Assembly: GCA_950097015.1 (NCBI GenBank)
Contig: CATNEN010000001.1
Coordinates: 9,920,001-9,984,000, forward strand
DNA: 64,000 nucleotides
Source of the DNA: Macrostomum hystrix
Lineage: Eukaryota > Animalia > Platyhelminthes
Direction: 5' to 3'
Made by a program: the position numbers and the translations under genes
The notes under the pieces: model-generated
Seen by the model: the letters and a program-made list of their open reading frames with translations, nothing else
Told to the model about the DNA's origin: nothing
The model's database searches: none
In this document: positions 1-10,128 of the stretch, one piece after another
Layout: each line of letters opens with the position of its first letter
How positions within the stretch are numbered: the first letter of the stretch is position 1

Positions 1-1
1 G

Positions 2-679
2 CGGGCCCGACGGTTGCGCCCGAACCGGTGTTGGTGGTGGTGGCGCGGCGGCACGTGGTCCCGGGCCCCACCCAGTCAGAGGCACCAGTTCCTGCTCGCA
101 CGCTGTCCGGATAAGATCGATAGCCTCGTTCGTCATGCGTCGCCGCGGTGTGAAAGCTACCGCTGCACTGACAGCCTCGCTCAGCGTCCGCTGGAGGTCG
201 GGGAACGGCACACCGGCGCGTTGTCCTCGAGTCCGATCCCGACGGATCGCCGTCCGCATGTTTGACACGGCTTTCTGACGTCCCTGGAAGGCGCCGTCAC
301 CGTTGCCGTAGTGGGACCACTCGTTTCGAATGAATGCCTTTAGGGACTGGAACACATTGCGCCGTGCAGCGTCGATGGCCTCCGGCTGAGGCGCCACCGC
401 TCTCTCCTCGCGGCGCTGTTCTCGACGTTCCCGTTGAAATTTCGCAGCGCGCTGTTGGCGTCGCTCCCTTCGCGTCAGCCTGGGCACTATTTCTGCGGGC
501 CCCTCGTTAGTGACGTCGACGACGCTCATCGGTTCGTCGGCACACAGGTCCAGAATGTCGGCCGGGTCACATGTCATGGACCCAACGTCGGCGATTTCTC
601 CGTCCTCTAGGTCGGCCAAGGCTGCAATGCGGGTGTAGTTCATGCTATAAGCTACAGGCAACGCGACCCGTGCCATCAT
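2..679 (-). CDS. Extra ORF (>=226 aa, runs off window start) downstream of Gypsy pol; function unknown
   Basis: Hand translation from ATG 679 (MMARVALPVAYSMNYTRIAALADLEDGEI...GPRAAAPPPPTPVRAQPSGP) has no stop down to position 2. GC-rich, same strand as the pol 3' end at 1270-2036. Absent from the ORF track because no stop lies in the window. Confidence 0.6.
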   Translation of the reverse strand, partial: MMARVALPVAYSMNYTRIAALADLEDGEIADVGSMTCDPADILDLCADEPMSVVDVTNEGPAEIVPRLTRRERRQQRAAKFQRERREQRREERAVAPQPEAIDAARRNVFQSLKAFIRNEWSHYGNGDGAFQGRQKAVSNMRTAIRRDRTRGQRAGVPFPDLQRTLSEAVSAAVAFTPRRRMTNEAIDLIRTACEQELVPLTGWGPGPRAAAPPPPTPVRAQPSGP

Positions 680-1269
680 ATAAGTTATTCCCGCATTTGA
701 CTATAGTGCTCTTAAATGATCCAGTCTGATACAATATGTGTATTTGCCCGATTCCCTGGCAACCATCTTGAATTACTCTACTTCGGTACAGTTTAACGTC
801 ATGTCCCGGGACGTTTAATATATGTAAGTAGTAATGAGTAGTAATTTACAACTCAACTTGCGTTGATCGTTAACTTTTCTGGTTGTGCTACGCGTCCATG
901 GCAACCATCTGGAATGCCTTCTATTTTCTCCAGACTGCAGACTAAATCTGAGCCGAATTTTCATCTTAAATTATTCATAACTAGCACTGCAAGCTGGCCG
1001 ATCTTCCTGACCGCAGCTTTGCATGTAGCTGTATTATCCCAGTAATATTAGCATACCGTAACAATATCTCACAGTCACAACTCCCTTCGGATTCAAGTAA
1101 AATCTAAAACATGGGTCTGACACTGTCATAACTTAATTCTCAGTAGCCAAAATCGAAGCAATAAAATGGAGACAATTCCTTCAGTTAACTCTCTCACGTC
1201 TCACTTTCACTTTCTTGACATTGTAACCTTCATGGTCTCGGCGGATTTTTTTAGTCACTTAAGAAGATT

Positions 1270-2036
1270 TCAATGATAATAATACGCAGGGGGCCTAATG
1301 TTCGCGCGGTCTCTCAGCCGCCGACCCCAGGCTGCTGCCGGAGGTGTGCCCCCTCGTTGAGGAGTCGGAATGCGACCCGCAGTCGCCTGTCTTGGCGGAC
1401 TGGCTAGCCGCGGGCTCTGCCTAGCTGGCGTCTCGTCCGGGCTCACCGCTCTGGGTGGAGTCCGCGGACTGTTTCTTTCTACCTGTCCTGTCTGTGGACT
1501 GGTCTGTTGTCCTGTCTGTGGACTGTTCTGTTGTCCTGTCTGTGGACTGGTATTATCAGTATTCTGAATTCTATCCCTTTCGCTGACTCTATCTCTAGCA
1601 CCTTCACCTTCTCTGTCTCGGTGGATTAGATTTCCTAAGCTTGGTCTCTGGACTTCTATATGAATGCTAGACTCTTCTGAGTCTTCTTCTTCGACAGGGC
1701 GGTCATCTCCATTTCGCCACTGCCGCAACTGGTCGTCTCTAAGATGGCAGGGTTTTGCTCTGTCTACAGTGATCACATCATGAATTCTTGCTGGCTGTTC
1801 TATGCCATCAACTTTAGGTCCAGGCTCGACTTTCAGATTTTTTCCATTATTCCTAACTTCTAAGACTCTGTATGGTCCGACCCACTTCCTGTTACTGTCG
1901 AAACATTTCTGGGTATTCGCGAGCCATATCAGGTCTCCTGCTTTGTAGAAATTTCTAAAGGCTTTGGCGTCGTAATTAGTTTTCTGTCGGTTTACCGAAA
2001 TTTTCTGCTTCTCTCTGGCGATTCTAAAGGACTCCA
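1270..2036 (-). mobile_element. Ty3/Gypsy element A: integrase C-terminus / pol 3' end, interrupted at 2037 by another LTR
   Basis: QKTNYD...YKAGDLIWL...KWVGPYRVLEV is the GPY/F module of Gypsy integrases. A Pro/Arg-rich tail ends RRLRDRANIRPPAYY. The frame is broken just upstream at the LTR junction. Confidence 0.8.
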
Positions 2037-2277
2037 TGTAATAAAGTCAGCGTGGCTTGCAGAGAGAGAAGTTCTTCAGAGCAGGCCAAGCCTAGCTCTC
2101 TAAATAAATAGAAGTTTATTTCTCAGCCTGACCAGGCTGACCAATCAGCCGCTACCTCTGGGCGTGCACGCGCTCCAGAGTACGCACATGCGCGAGTACA
2201 TTGCGAGAGAGAGAGAGAGAGAAAAATAACACCCTCAATCCCCTACTCTGCACTGATAGCGAAACGCAGTCACCACA
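2037..2277 (-). mobile_element. 3' LTR (241 bp) of Gypsy element B
   Basis: On the minus strand it begins TGTGGTG (2277) and ends TTATTACA (2037), giving TG...CA termini. It is preceded by a purine tract GGAGGGA (PPT, ~2278-2284), has an internal AATAAA (~2115-2120) and follows a pol stop codon at 2442. Confidence 0.75.
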
Positions 2278-2441
2278 TCCCTCCACACGTAGACGAAAAA
2301 AGAAGCAAAAAAAAGAACAAAAAAAGAAAAGAAAATGCATCCCAGCACCACGGCAACAATAACAAAAAAATCGAAGGTGCAAACACCACGCGAAAGCTGT
2401 AGAAAAAAAAAGTCTGTCAAGAAAAAACAAAAAAAACACAT

Positions 2442-2625
2442 TCAGTTGTACGTCAACCTGTCCGGGCATTTTCGGCTCCTCTGTGAACGCCGCGCCTGTG
2501 GAGTCGGAGGAAGCGGCGGCTGCATGGGCGGCGGCGGCGCGGTCGTTGGCTGGGCGGGCGACGGCGGCGGGGGCGGCAGTAGCGGCGGAACCTCTGCCTC
2601 AGCCGATTTGTAGCGCAGGTCGTCA
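2442..2625 (-). pseudogene. Extreme C-terminus of element B pol
   Basis: Minus-strand translation DDLRYKSAEAEVPPLLPPPPPSPAQ...PPTPQARRSQRSRKCPDRLTYN*. The RRSxRxRxxPxRL ending is typical of Gypsy pol, and PPT and LTR follow. Confidence 0.7.
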
Positions 2626-2657
2626 TTTATTGGCTGTTATGCCGAAATGCGTATGAT

Positions 2658-4457
2658 ATGCCCGTTCATCAGGAGTCCGTGAGCTACCTGGGCCACCGAA
2701 TCGACGCCAGCGGTCTCCACCCGCTGGAAAGCAAGGTCAGCGCGATCGTCGAGGCGCCAGCTCCCCAGGACGTCACCCAACTCCGCAGCTTCCTGGGCCT
2801 CATAAATTATTATGGACGATTCCTGCCGAACCTGTCCAGCGTGCTCGCTCCGCTGCACCGCCTCTTGGACAAGGGCGCTGCCTGGCAATGGAACAGCCCG
2901 CAAGAGAGTGCGTTTCACCGCTGCAAGGAGCTCCTGCTGAGCTCCCAGACTCTAGTGCACTTCGACCCCGGGAAAGAGGTCATCCTGGAATGCGACAGCT
3001 CGCCCTACGGTCTCGGCGCGGTCATCTGCCACCTGATAGATGGCGTGGAGCGGCCTATCGCGTTTGCGTCCCGCACTCTGGCCGATGCGGAGAAGAACTA
3101 CTCCCAGACGGAGAAGGAGGCCTTGGCAGTTGTTTTCGGCATCAAGCGATTCCACACCTATCTGTACGGCCGGAACTTCCAGCTGAAGAGTGACCACAAG
3201 CCGCTTCTAGGGCTGCTTCACGAGAACAAAGCCATTCCGCCACTAGCATCGGCCAGGATTCAGCGCTGGGCTCTGCTGCTGTCCAGCTACTCCTATCGAC
3301 TGCAGTACCGCAAGGGCGCCACCCTGCTGCGGGCGGATGCGCTGAGCCGGTTGCCGCTGCCGTCCAAGCCAGCGGATGCGCCGGCGCCAGCTGAGGTGGT
3401 ACTGCTGATCGACTCGTTCAACGAGGGCCCAGTGACTGCGGCTCAAGTTCGCTGCTGGACACGGCGAGACCCGCTGCTCGGTCGAGTGCTCAGGTTCGTG
3501 CAAGAAGGCTGGCCGGAGGATCGGCGATGGAGCGAAGATCTGCGGCCGTTTGCCTCTCGAGCTGCGGAACTGAGCGTGGAGGACGGCTGCCTGCTTTGGG
3601 GCACCAGAGTGGTGGTGCCGGTTCAGGGACGCCTGGCGCTGCTCGAGTGTCTGCACCAAAGTCACCTAGGAGCGTCCAAGCTGAAGTCGCTGGCCAGGAA
3701 CTATTTTTGGTGGCCGGGAATGGACGGTGACATCGAGCGGCTCTCGCAGCACTGCCGGCAGTGCAAACTGCATCAGCAAAGCCCACCTCCTGCGCCGCTG
3801 CAGCCCTGGCCCTGGCCTGACAGACCGTGGTCAAGGGTCCACATGGACTACGCTGGACCGTTCGAAGGCAAGATGTTGCTGATTCTGGTCGATGCGCATT
3901 CCAAGTGGATCGAGGTGCACATCTGCCAGTCCGCGACCAGCTCCGCTACAATCGATAGGCTCCGGCGGACTTTCAGCCAGTTGGGCCTGCCGGAGGTCGT
4001 GGTGACGGACAACGGTCCCAACTTCGTGAGCCAGGAGATGGAGAGCTTCATGAGCAGCAACGGCATCCGGCATGTCAAGGTGTCGCCTTATCATCCGGCG
4101 TCCAACGGCCTGGCAGAACGCGCGGTACAAACAGTGAAGGCGGCTCTGGTGAAGGGACGGCCGGCGGCTCTGCAGACTCGGCTCGCTAGGTTCCTGCTGA
4201 CCTACCGGGTGACTCCGCACAGCACGACGAGCGTTCCGCCGAGCCAGCTGATGATGGGCCGGCCTCTGCGAACGCTGCTGGATCTGGTACGTCCGGACGT
4301 CTCGGCTGTGGTCACGCGGCGACAGGAAGCACAGAAGCTACAACACGACAGGCGCGCCAGATCGAGGTCCTTCGAGGAAGGCGACGACGTCGTAGTGCGG
4401 GATTTCACGGGTCAGCAGAAGTGGCTGCCGGCCAGCATCAGCCGTCAAACAGCGTAA
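2658..4457 (+). mobile_element. Ty3/Gypsy pol fragment (RT C-terminus, RNase H, integrase), truncated at both ends
   Basis: VSYLGH, LRSFLGLINYY (RT end); CDSSPYGLGAV, NYSQTEKEALA, SDHKPL, ADALSRLP (RNase H); HQSH...C..C zinc finger, HMDYAGP, VTDNGPNF, SNGLAERAV (integrase D,D35E). Stops abruptly at KWLPASISRQTA. Confidence 0.95.
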
Positions 4458-6071
4458 TTGTTTATACCTAACTTGTTTATTCCTATCTTAACGTGAGCGA
4501 ATTCAAAACTATTTAACAATTTAAAAAATTCGTGGCAACGCTTCGCGAACCTCTTAGACTCTGCTAAGTAAACAGCTGTGCGTCCTTCGTTTATTTTCAA
4601 ACCTTACATTGAGGGGCACAGGAGTTTACACAAATTGAAATAATTTAATGTCACAGCAGTTTAAATAAGACTAGTGTGAATCGTGTGATTGTGACAGCTT
4701 TTCAAATTAGCTAAATAATAATAAAACCGATTCTACACACAACATGAAATAAATACATATTTAACAATCACCTAAATGCGTTTATTATTAGGAACTTTAC
4801 TTATTCCAGCCTCAAATTAAAGAAATTTTAGTATGGTGATTAATAGCACCTGGTAAAATGTAAATGGTAAAATAAACTGCAACTGAATTAATTCTTCAGC
4901 TTGGTGTAATTATCTGATTTACTGATTGATTATTTGATGTTTGGCTCAGTCAAGAAACCTGCTTCGGTTTTCAGTGCATTATAGCAGTATCCATATAGCT
5001 AAAGGTCGATTTCTTCTGGCAGTTGATGATAAATTTCCAGACCAGTGGAAAGACCAGCTGGCTTTCTTAAAGACTTTCAGCTGGAGTTGACGTGCAACGC
5101 GAACGCAGAAGCCTGTGTTTCGGAAAGCCAGGTCTGTTCCTTTCACCATCCGCGAATGTCGCAGAGGGGTGGCCGCCCGACAAGCGACATGAAGACGCCG
5201 AGGTGGCACGCGCCGAAAAAAAAGTAATTAAATATGCGACAAATTGAGCAAATATTCATAATAACCGTCACAAAAAGTCAGAATTTACTTTAACTAGTTA
5301 TTGTTAAAAATTAAATGACAAACGTGACAGCTGTGCATCAAAAAATTATAGTTGACTATTGTATTAAATTGAAATTGAAATTGACAAAATCAAATTCGCC
5401 TTCATGGGGATGATGATTACATGTGGGGATGGGATGGATGGGATGAGATCCCATGGTAGGTTGGTGCATTTGGATAGATAGTTAGCACTATCTTTGCCAG
5501 AGTGATGCGAGAGTGCTGAGTGGGCTCAAACTTCTTTTTGGGATTTGCCCTACTGAATTTTTTCAGTAGACTCGCGTCGGGTTTTTAGTGGAAAGCAATC
5601 AAATGTCATGGTACCTGGAGTCGAACTAATATGGAAGCCGCTCTTGCAACCTAATGCAGAACACCTTTTTTCACCATAGTGATCGAACCGAATTATTTGA
5701 CGATAATTTGCTTTGCCACTTACAATTCAAATTGGTGCCAGTTGCGTAGCATCAAGTCGTGGCAGTTCTGAAACAAGTATCTACGCCTGACTTTGCTGCC
5801 GTGTTTCTCGGCCTTCCTTGCAGCTGCGATGTCACCCGCCTAGCGGACGAACTAAATTTGCGGATCGTGACGTGCTGGCTTCCCGACGGGCTCTGGCTCG
5901 GGCAACGCCCGCGCACTAGCACTCCTCAGCCGGCAGGCTGTTAATTGTACATCCGCTGACTCCTCTTCAAAAGCGATTTTTTTATATTTTAGATAAATGT
6001 ATTTCATATATACATGCAGCTTTGCTATTCTCATGGCCACAAACATCGTGACAATCTAGCCGATATGTTTA

Positions 6072-6312
6072 GGGGTGAGAGACAGAGATGTTAACGCGTT
6101 TGCCTCTCGCACGAAGGTCCATGAGCTTGATTCCGTGACATTTATTTATTATTTATTTATTTATTTGAGGCGCAACCGCAGAGAGAAGGCTTTGGGGCTT
6201 GTCGTGCCATTTACGCCTAGAGGGGCCAACCTCCATGCAAGGCACAGTGAGAGTGTACACTCCATTACGATGAGAAAGTCAGGGTAGATGTATACACCTG
6301 AATGAGTGTGTG
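6072..6312 (+). mobile_element. tRNA-derived SINE family A, 5' half (split by LINE)
   Basis: tRNA-like head (GTTAACGCGTTTGCCTCTCGCACGAAGGTCCATGAGCTTGATTCC) and body (GGGGCTTGTCGTGCCATTTACGCC...GGCCAACCTCC) match the reverse complement of copies at 12.3, 43.4, 51 and 53 kb. Confidence 0.8.
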
Positions 6313-9300
6313 ACTTATTATATTTGCAGACTTATTATTTTTGCAGACTTATTATATTTGCACTCCGGTGCAAGTATATGCCGCGACCTCCCAGTGGTGA
6401 AGTCGGCGAGCCGCGCTTAACTGCTGCGGCGGCCAACAGCGGCAGGACCAAGCAGGGGCAGCGCAGCGCCCGGCGGCGAGTTGAACGCCGTCGTGAGCGC
6501 AATCGGCGAGGTCGACAGCGTGGCGCTGCTCGCCGAGCCGCAGCTCTCCGCGGTCCAATGGATCTTCTGGGTGGCGCCGGGGACCAACTTACTCAGCAAC
6601 ACCGAGAATCAGCCATCACAGGGCACGCTCAGGGTCGGGACGCTGAACTGCCGCACCCTCAAAGCCACCTGGCGGAGAGGACTGCTGGCGAAGCTAGCGC
6701 ACGACCTGAGATGCGATGTCATTGCGCTGCAAGAGGTGTCCATCAGGGCGGAACCAGGGCTCCACTGCGAAGACCTGGGTGCCGGATGGACTCTCCACTA
6801 CTCATCAGCGGACCATCGCGGTCGTGGAGGAGCCGGCGCGCTGATCGGACCGAGGCTGCAGCAGAGCTGTCGCTGCGTCTCCCTGTCCTCTCGGCTACTT
6901 CGGGTTGACGTCCGGCTTCGCGGCCGGAACGCTCGCCTTTTCTGCGGCTACGCGCCCCCTGCCACTCGGCCCGATGAGGCTAAAGATTTCTTCGAGCAAC
7001 TCTCGGTGCAGGTGGAGGCGATGGCGCAGCGAGACACAGTGGTTATCCTCGGAGACCTGAACGCAGTTCCGCGTAGGTCCGAGCGATCGCTGTTTGTTAC
7101 GCCCCGCGAGAACGGCAATACCGAAGCGCTGGAGGACTTCCTGGAGAGGCAGGACATGGTGTCGGCCAACACCCGCTTCCGCGAGCCACCTGGCAGGCTC
7201 GCGACCTTCATGGGCTGCAAACGGAGGCGGCGGAACGCGCGCGGCCGGTACGAAACACGGGGGCTGGCACAGCTCGACCACGTGCTTGTGCGCTTCCGGG
7301 AGCGCCGCCGCGCCATCAACTGCCGCACCATCACGCCACTGGCTCTGCGGTCCGACCATCGGCTACTCATCTGCGACCTGCGAGTGCGAGATCCGCTCTA
7401 CCGTCCGCCGAAGCGGCCACCGCGGCGCTACTACCGCGCGCTCAGGAAGGACACGCACCGCCGCTTTGCTAGCGCCTTCATCACCGCGCTGGGCGGCAAG
7501 CGTGGCAGCGCCGAGTAAGCGGACGTCAGTGCTGCAGTCCGAGCCGCCGCGGAGGAAGCAGCCCCGCTGATGCGACCGGCCCAGCGAGGGCAGCCGGTCT
7601 GGCAGGACGACCCCGCGATTCGGCAAGCGAGGGAAGAAGTTGAGAGGCTCCGCCTGAGCAGGCGACCAACTCGTGAGGCGGAGGAGGCCCTGGCGACTGT
7701 CTACCTGGAGCGGCAACAAGCTGCTGTCGACGACGCCATCCAGGCCGTCTCGATGCCAGAGGGCGCGTGGCCTGGTCCGCCATCAACGCTCTGACGGGGC
7801 GAAAGCGGCGTACTCCACCCACCCGGCGGGCGATACTCCGGACGAGCGCAGGAACGAGCTGCGCGAGTTCTTCGCCGCCATCGTTAACGCGCCGCCCCCC
7901 CCCGCTGCCAGACAACCTGACGCTGCCACCAGAGACGCCGTTGCCGGCAGAGGAAAGCTTTAGCATAGCACCCGTCAGCACAGACGACGTTGTGACGCTC
8001 GCCCAGAAGACTCCGGGCGTCAAGTTGCTGGGTCCAGACGAGGTGCCCATCAAGGCGCCGCACATCCACTGTGTGGCCAGTGAGGTCGCCAGTGCGATGA
8101 ACCGCGTGCTCTTCGGTGAGGCGGCGCCCAACGAATGGACCACGGCGCAAATCATCGCTATTCCTAAGAGGCCGGGCACCACAAGGCTAGAGGAGCACTG
8201 AGGAATCTGCCTTCAGTCCTGCGCTGCGTAGCTGTTCAATCGGATGCTGCTATCGCAGTTGCAGCCCGTGCTTAACCCGTATCTGCGACCCGAGCAGAAC
8301 GGCTTCTGGCCTCATCGCGGCACAGTGACGCAGGTCCTAGCTCTTCGCCGTGTCATCGAGGAGGCGCGGACTCGCCAGTTGAACCTGATTGTAGTCTTCA
8401 TCGACTTCAAGAAGGCATTCATCGTCAGGGCCGCGCTCCCACTGGTGCTTCGAGCGTACAAAGGTACTTCGAGCGGACTTCTTCGAGACATCTTCCGGGG
8501 TGCTCCAGGGGGATACGCTGGCGCCGTTCCTGTTCATCCTAGTGCTTGACTGGGTGCTGCGAACTGCTCTTCCGACTGACAACGATGGCCTTCTGCTGCG
8601 GCGACGCGTGGGTCGACGTCAACCGGAGAAACGGCTCAGCGTGCTTGGCTACGCCGACGATCTCGCCCTGCTGTCCTCGACCGTCGAGGGCGCTCAGCGC
8701 CAGCTGGACAGGCTGGTTGGCGCTGCGGCGAGCGTAGGCCTGGTGCTCAACACACAGAAGACCGTAGTGCTCTTCGTGCCGGTCGACATCGAGGCTGCAA
8801 TTTACTGCCGAGGGGCTGACGGGCAGGCAACTGAGCTCCCAAGATGCCAGCAGTTCGTCTACCTCGGCGGTCTGGTACCCGACGCTCGTGACGATTAGCA
8901 GCGTCGCCGCGGGCTTGCATGGGCGGCTTCCGTTCCGTGAGGACCGTAAGTCCGAGCAGGCCTGCAGTCCGAGGCCCTACCTGACCGTCAGAGGGCGGCG
9001 TTGTTCCGGGCGGTGATCGAGACCGTCCTCTTGTACAACGCCGAGACCTGGACGTTGACGGACTCGCTAGAACATCAGGTCGACGCGGTGCACGCTGGCC
9101 TGCTGCGCGCTGCCTTCAGGATCGGCGACCAGCGAGTCTCCAATGCGGCACTCCAATCCGGCCTGGCCCAGCCAAGCGAACTTCTGCGCCATCGGCGACT
9201 CCAGCTCGCAGGCCATGTCATCCGCGCCGAGTCGTACTGCCCAGAGCCGGTGCAGGAGGTCCTGCTGCTCACGGTACAAGCACCCTACCGGCGAGGACAG

Positions 9301-9439
9301 GCGCGCACCCGGCGCTGCTTGCTGGATGATGCCGGCGCTCCGGACTCTGCCGGTGGCGCGGCCTTTGTTCGCGCCCAGGCCCTCAAGCGCGCCCTGTGAC
9401 GCTGTACTAGACTCTGACAGCGTACTATGTTGATATGTT
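6313..9439 (+). mobile_element. Near full-length decayed non-LTR retrotransposon (RTE-like; AP endonuclease + RT)
   Basis: APE motifs GTLNCRTL, IALQEV, LGDLNA, LDHVLV, SDH. RT motifs GPDEVP, QNGF, FIDFKKAF, LQGDTLAPFLF, YADDLAL, FVYLG. RTE-type C-terminus RRLQLAGHVIR. Several stops and frameshifts; short 3' UTR ending TATGTTGATATGTTG. Confidence 0.9.
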
Positions 9440-9562
9440 GTGCCTGCGTATGGTCTGTGTGCGTGTGTGCTCAGGAGTCAGCGAAACGGATAGAATTGCC
9501 GTCTGGCTGGCTGCGGGTCAAGTGTCACCAAATGATGCGCCATTGCGCGTCCTCCTGCAATT
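9438..9562 (+). mobile_element. SINE family A, 3' half
   Basis: TGTGCCTGCGTA...GTGTGCTCAGGAGTCAGC...GCTGGCTGCGGGTC.AGTGTCACCAAATG...CCTCCTGCAA continues where the 6072-6312 piece stops, judged against the 43432-43780 copy. Confidence 0.8.
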
Positions 9563-10128
9563 AATTTTTATAATTACTAGCCGATGTCTTGTAAAAGTCA
9601 AGAAGGTAAAAACCCTTGGTCCCACATAAATGTGCACTCGAACCTAGGACCTTATTAAAAATCTATGGGCCAAAACTATAGACCGCACTTTCAAACCTTT
9701 CGTGAATGTACGGAGCTCATGAGCTGTGCCCGCCACCGCCTGCCCGCAGAAAAAACGCGTGAGGCGAGACAGCCGTAGCATGAGGGCAGAAAAACCCGCT
9801 CGGAGTTGCATTACAGGGGTGAGAAATAGAGAGCGTCCAGAACCTCTACCCCTGACCTCCCGTCCAACCAGTCTAATCCACACCAAGCCCCACCTCTCCT
9901 CCCTCCGCGTACCGTTTTCTCGCCGCTCGTCCCCTACTGCTCTCCGCCGCTAGACCCACCACCCCTTTCAAGTTTAAATCACGCAGATAGGAAGCCCTCC
10001 TTTTTCTGTATTCTGTATGAGTAAAAAACAGCAGGACTAGTGCCAAAGTGCTACAGAAAGGACTCCGTTATAAAAATACAGAAGACCTATTAAAACGATT
10101 TATAGTTTATAGTCACACATAGTTCAAC

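Noticed and set aside
2637-9433. Overlapping antisense and alternate-frame ORFs in the TEs
   Set aside because: Expected shadows of GC-rich coding sequence, with no recognisable motifs.
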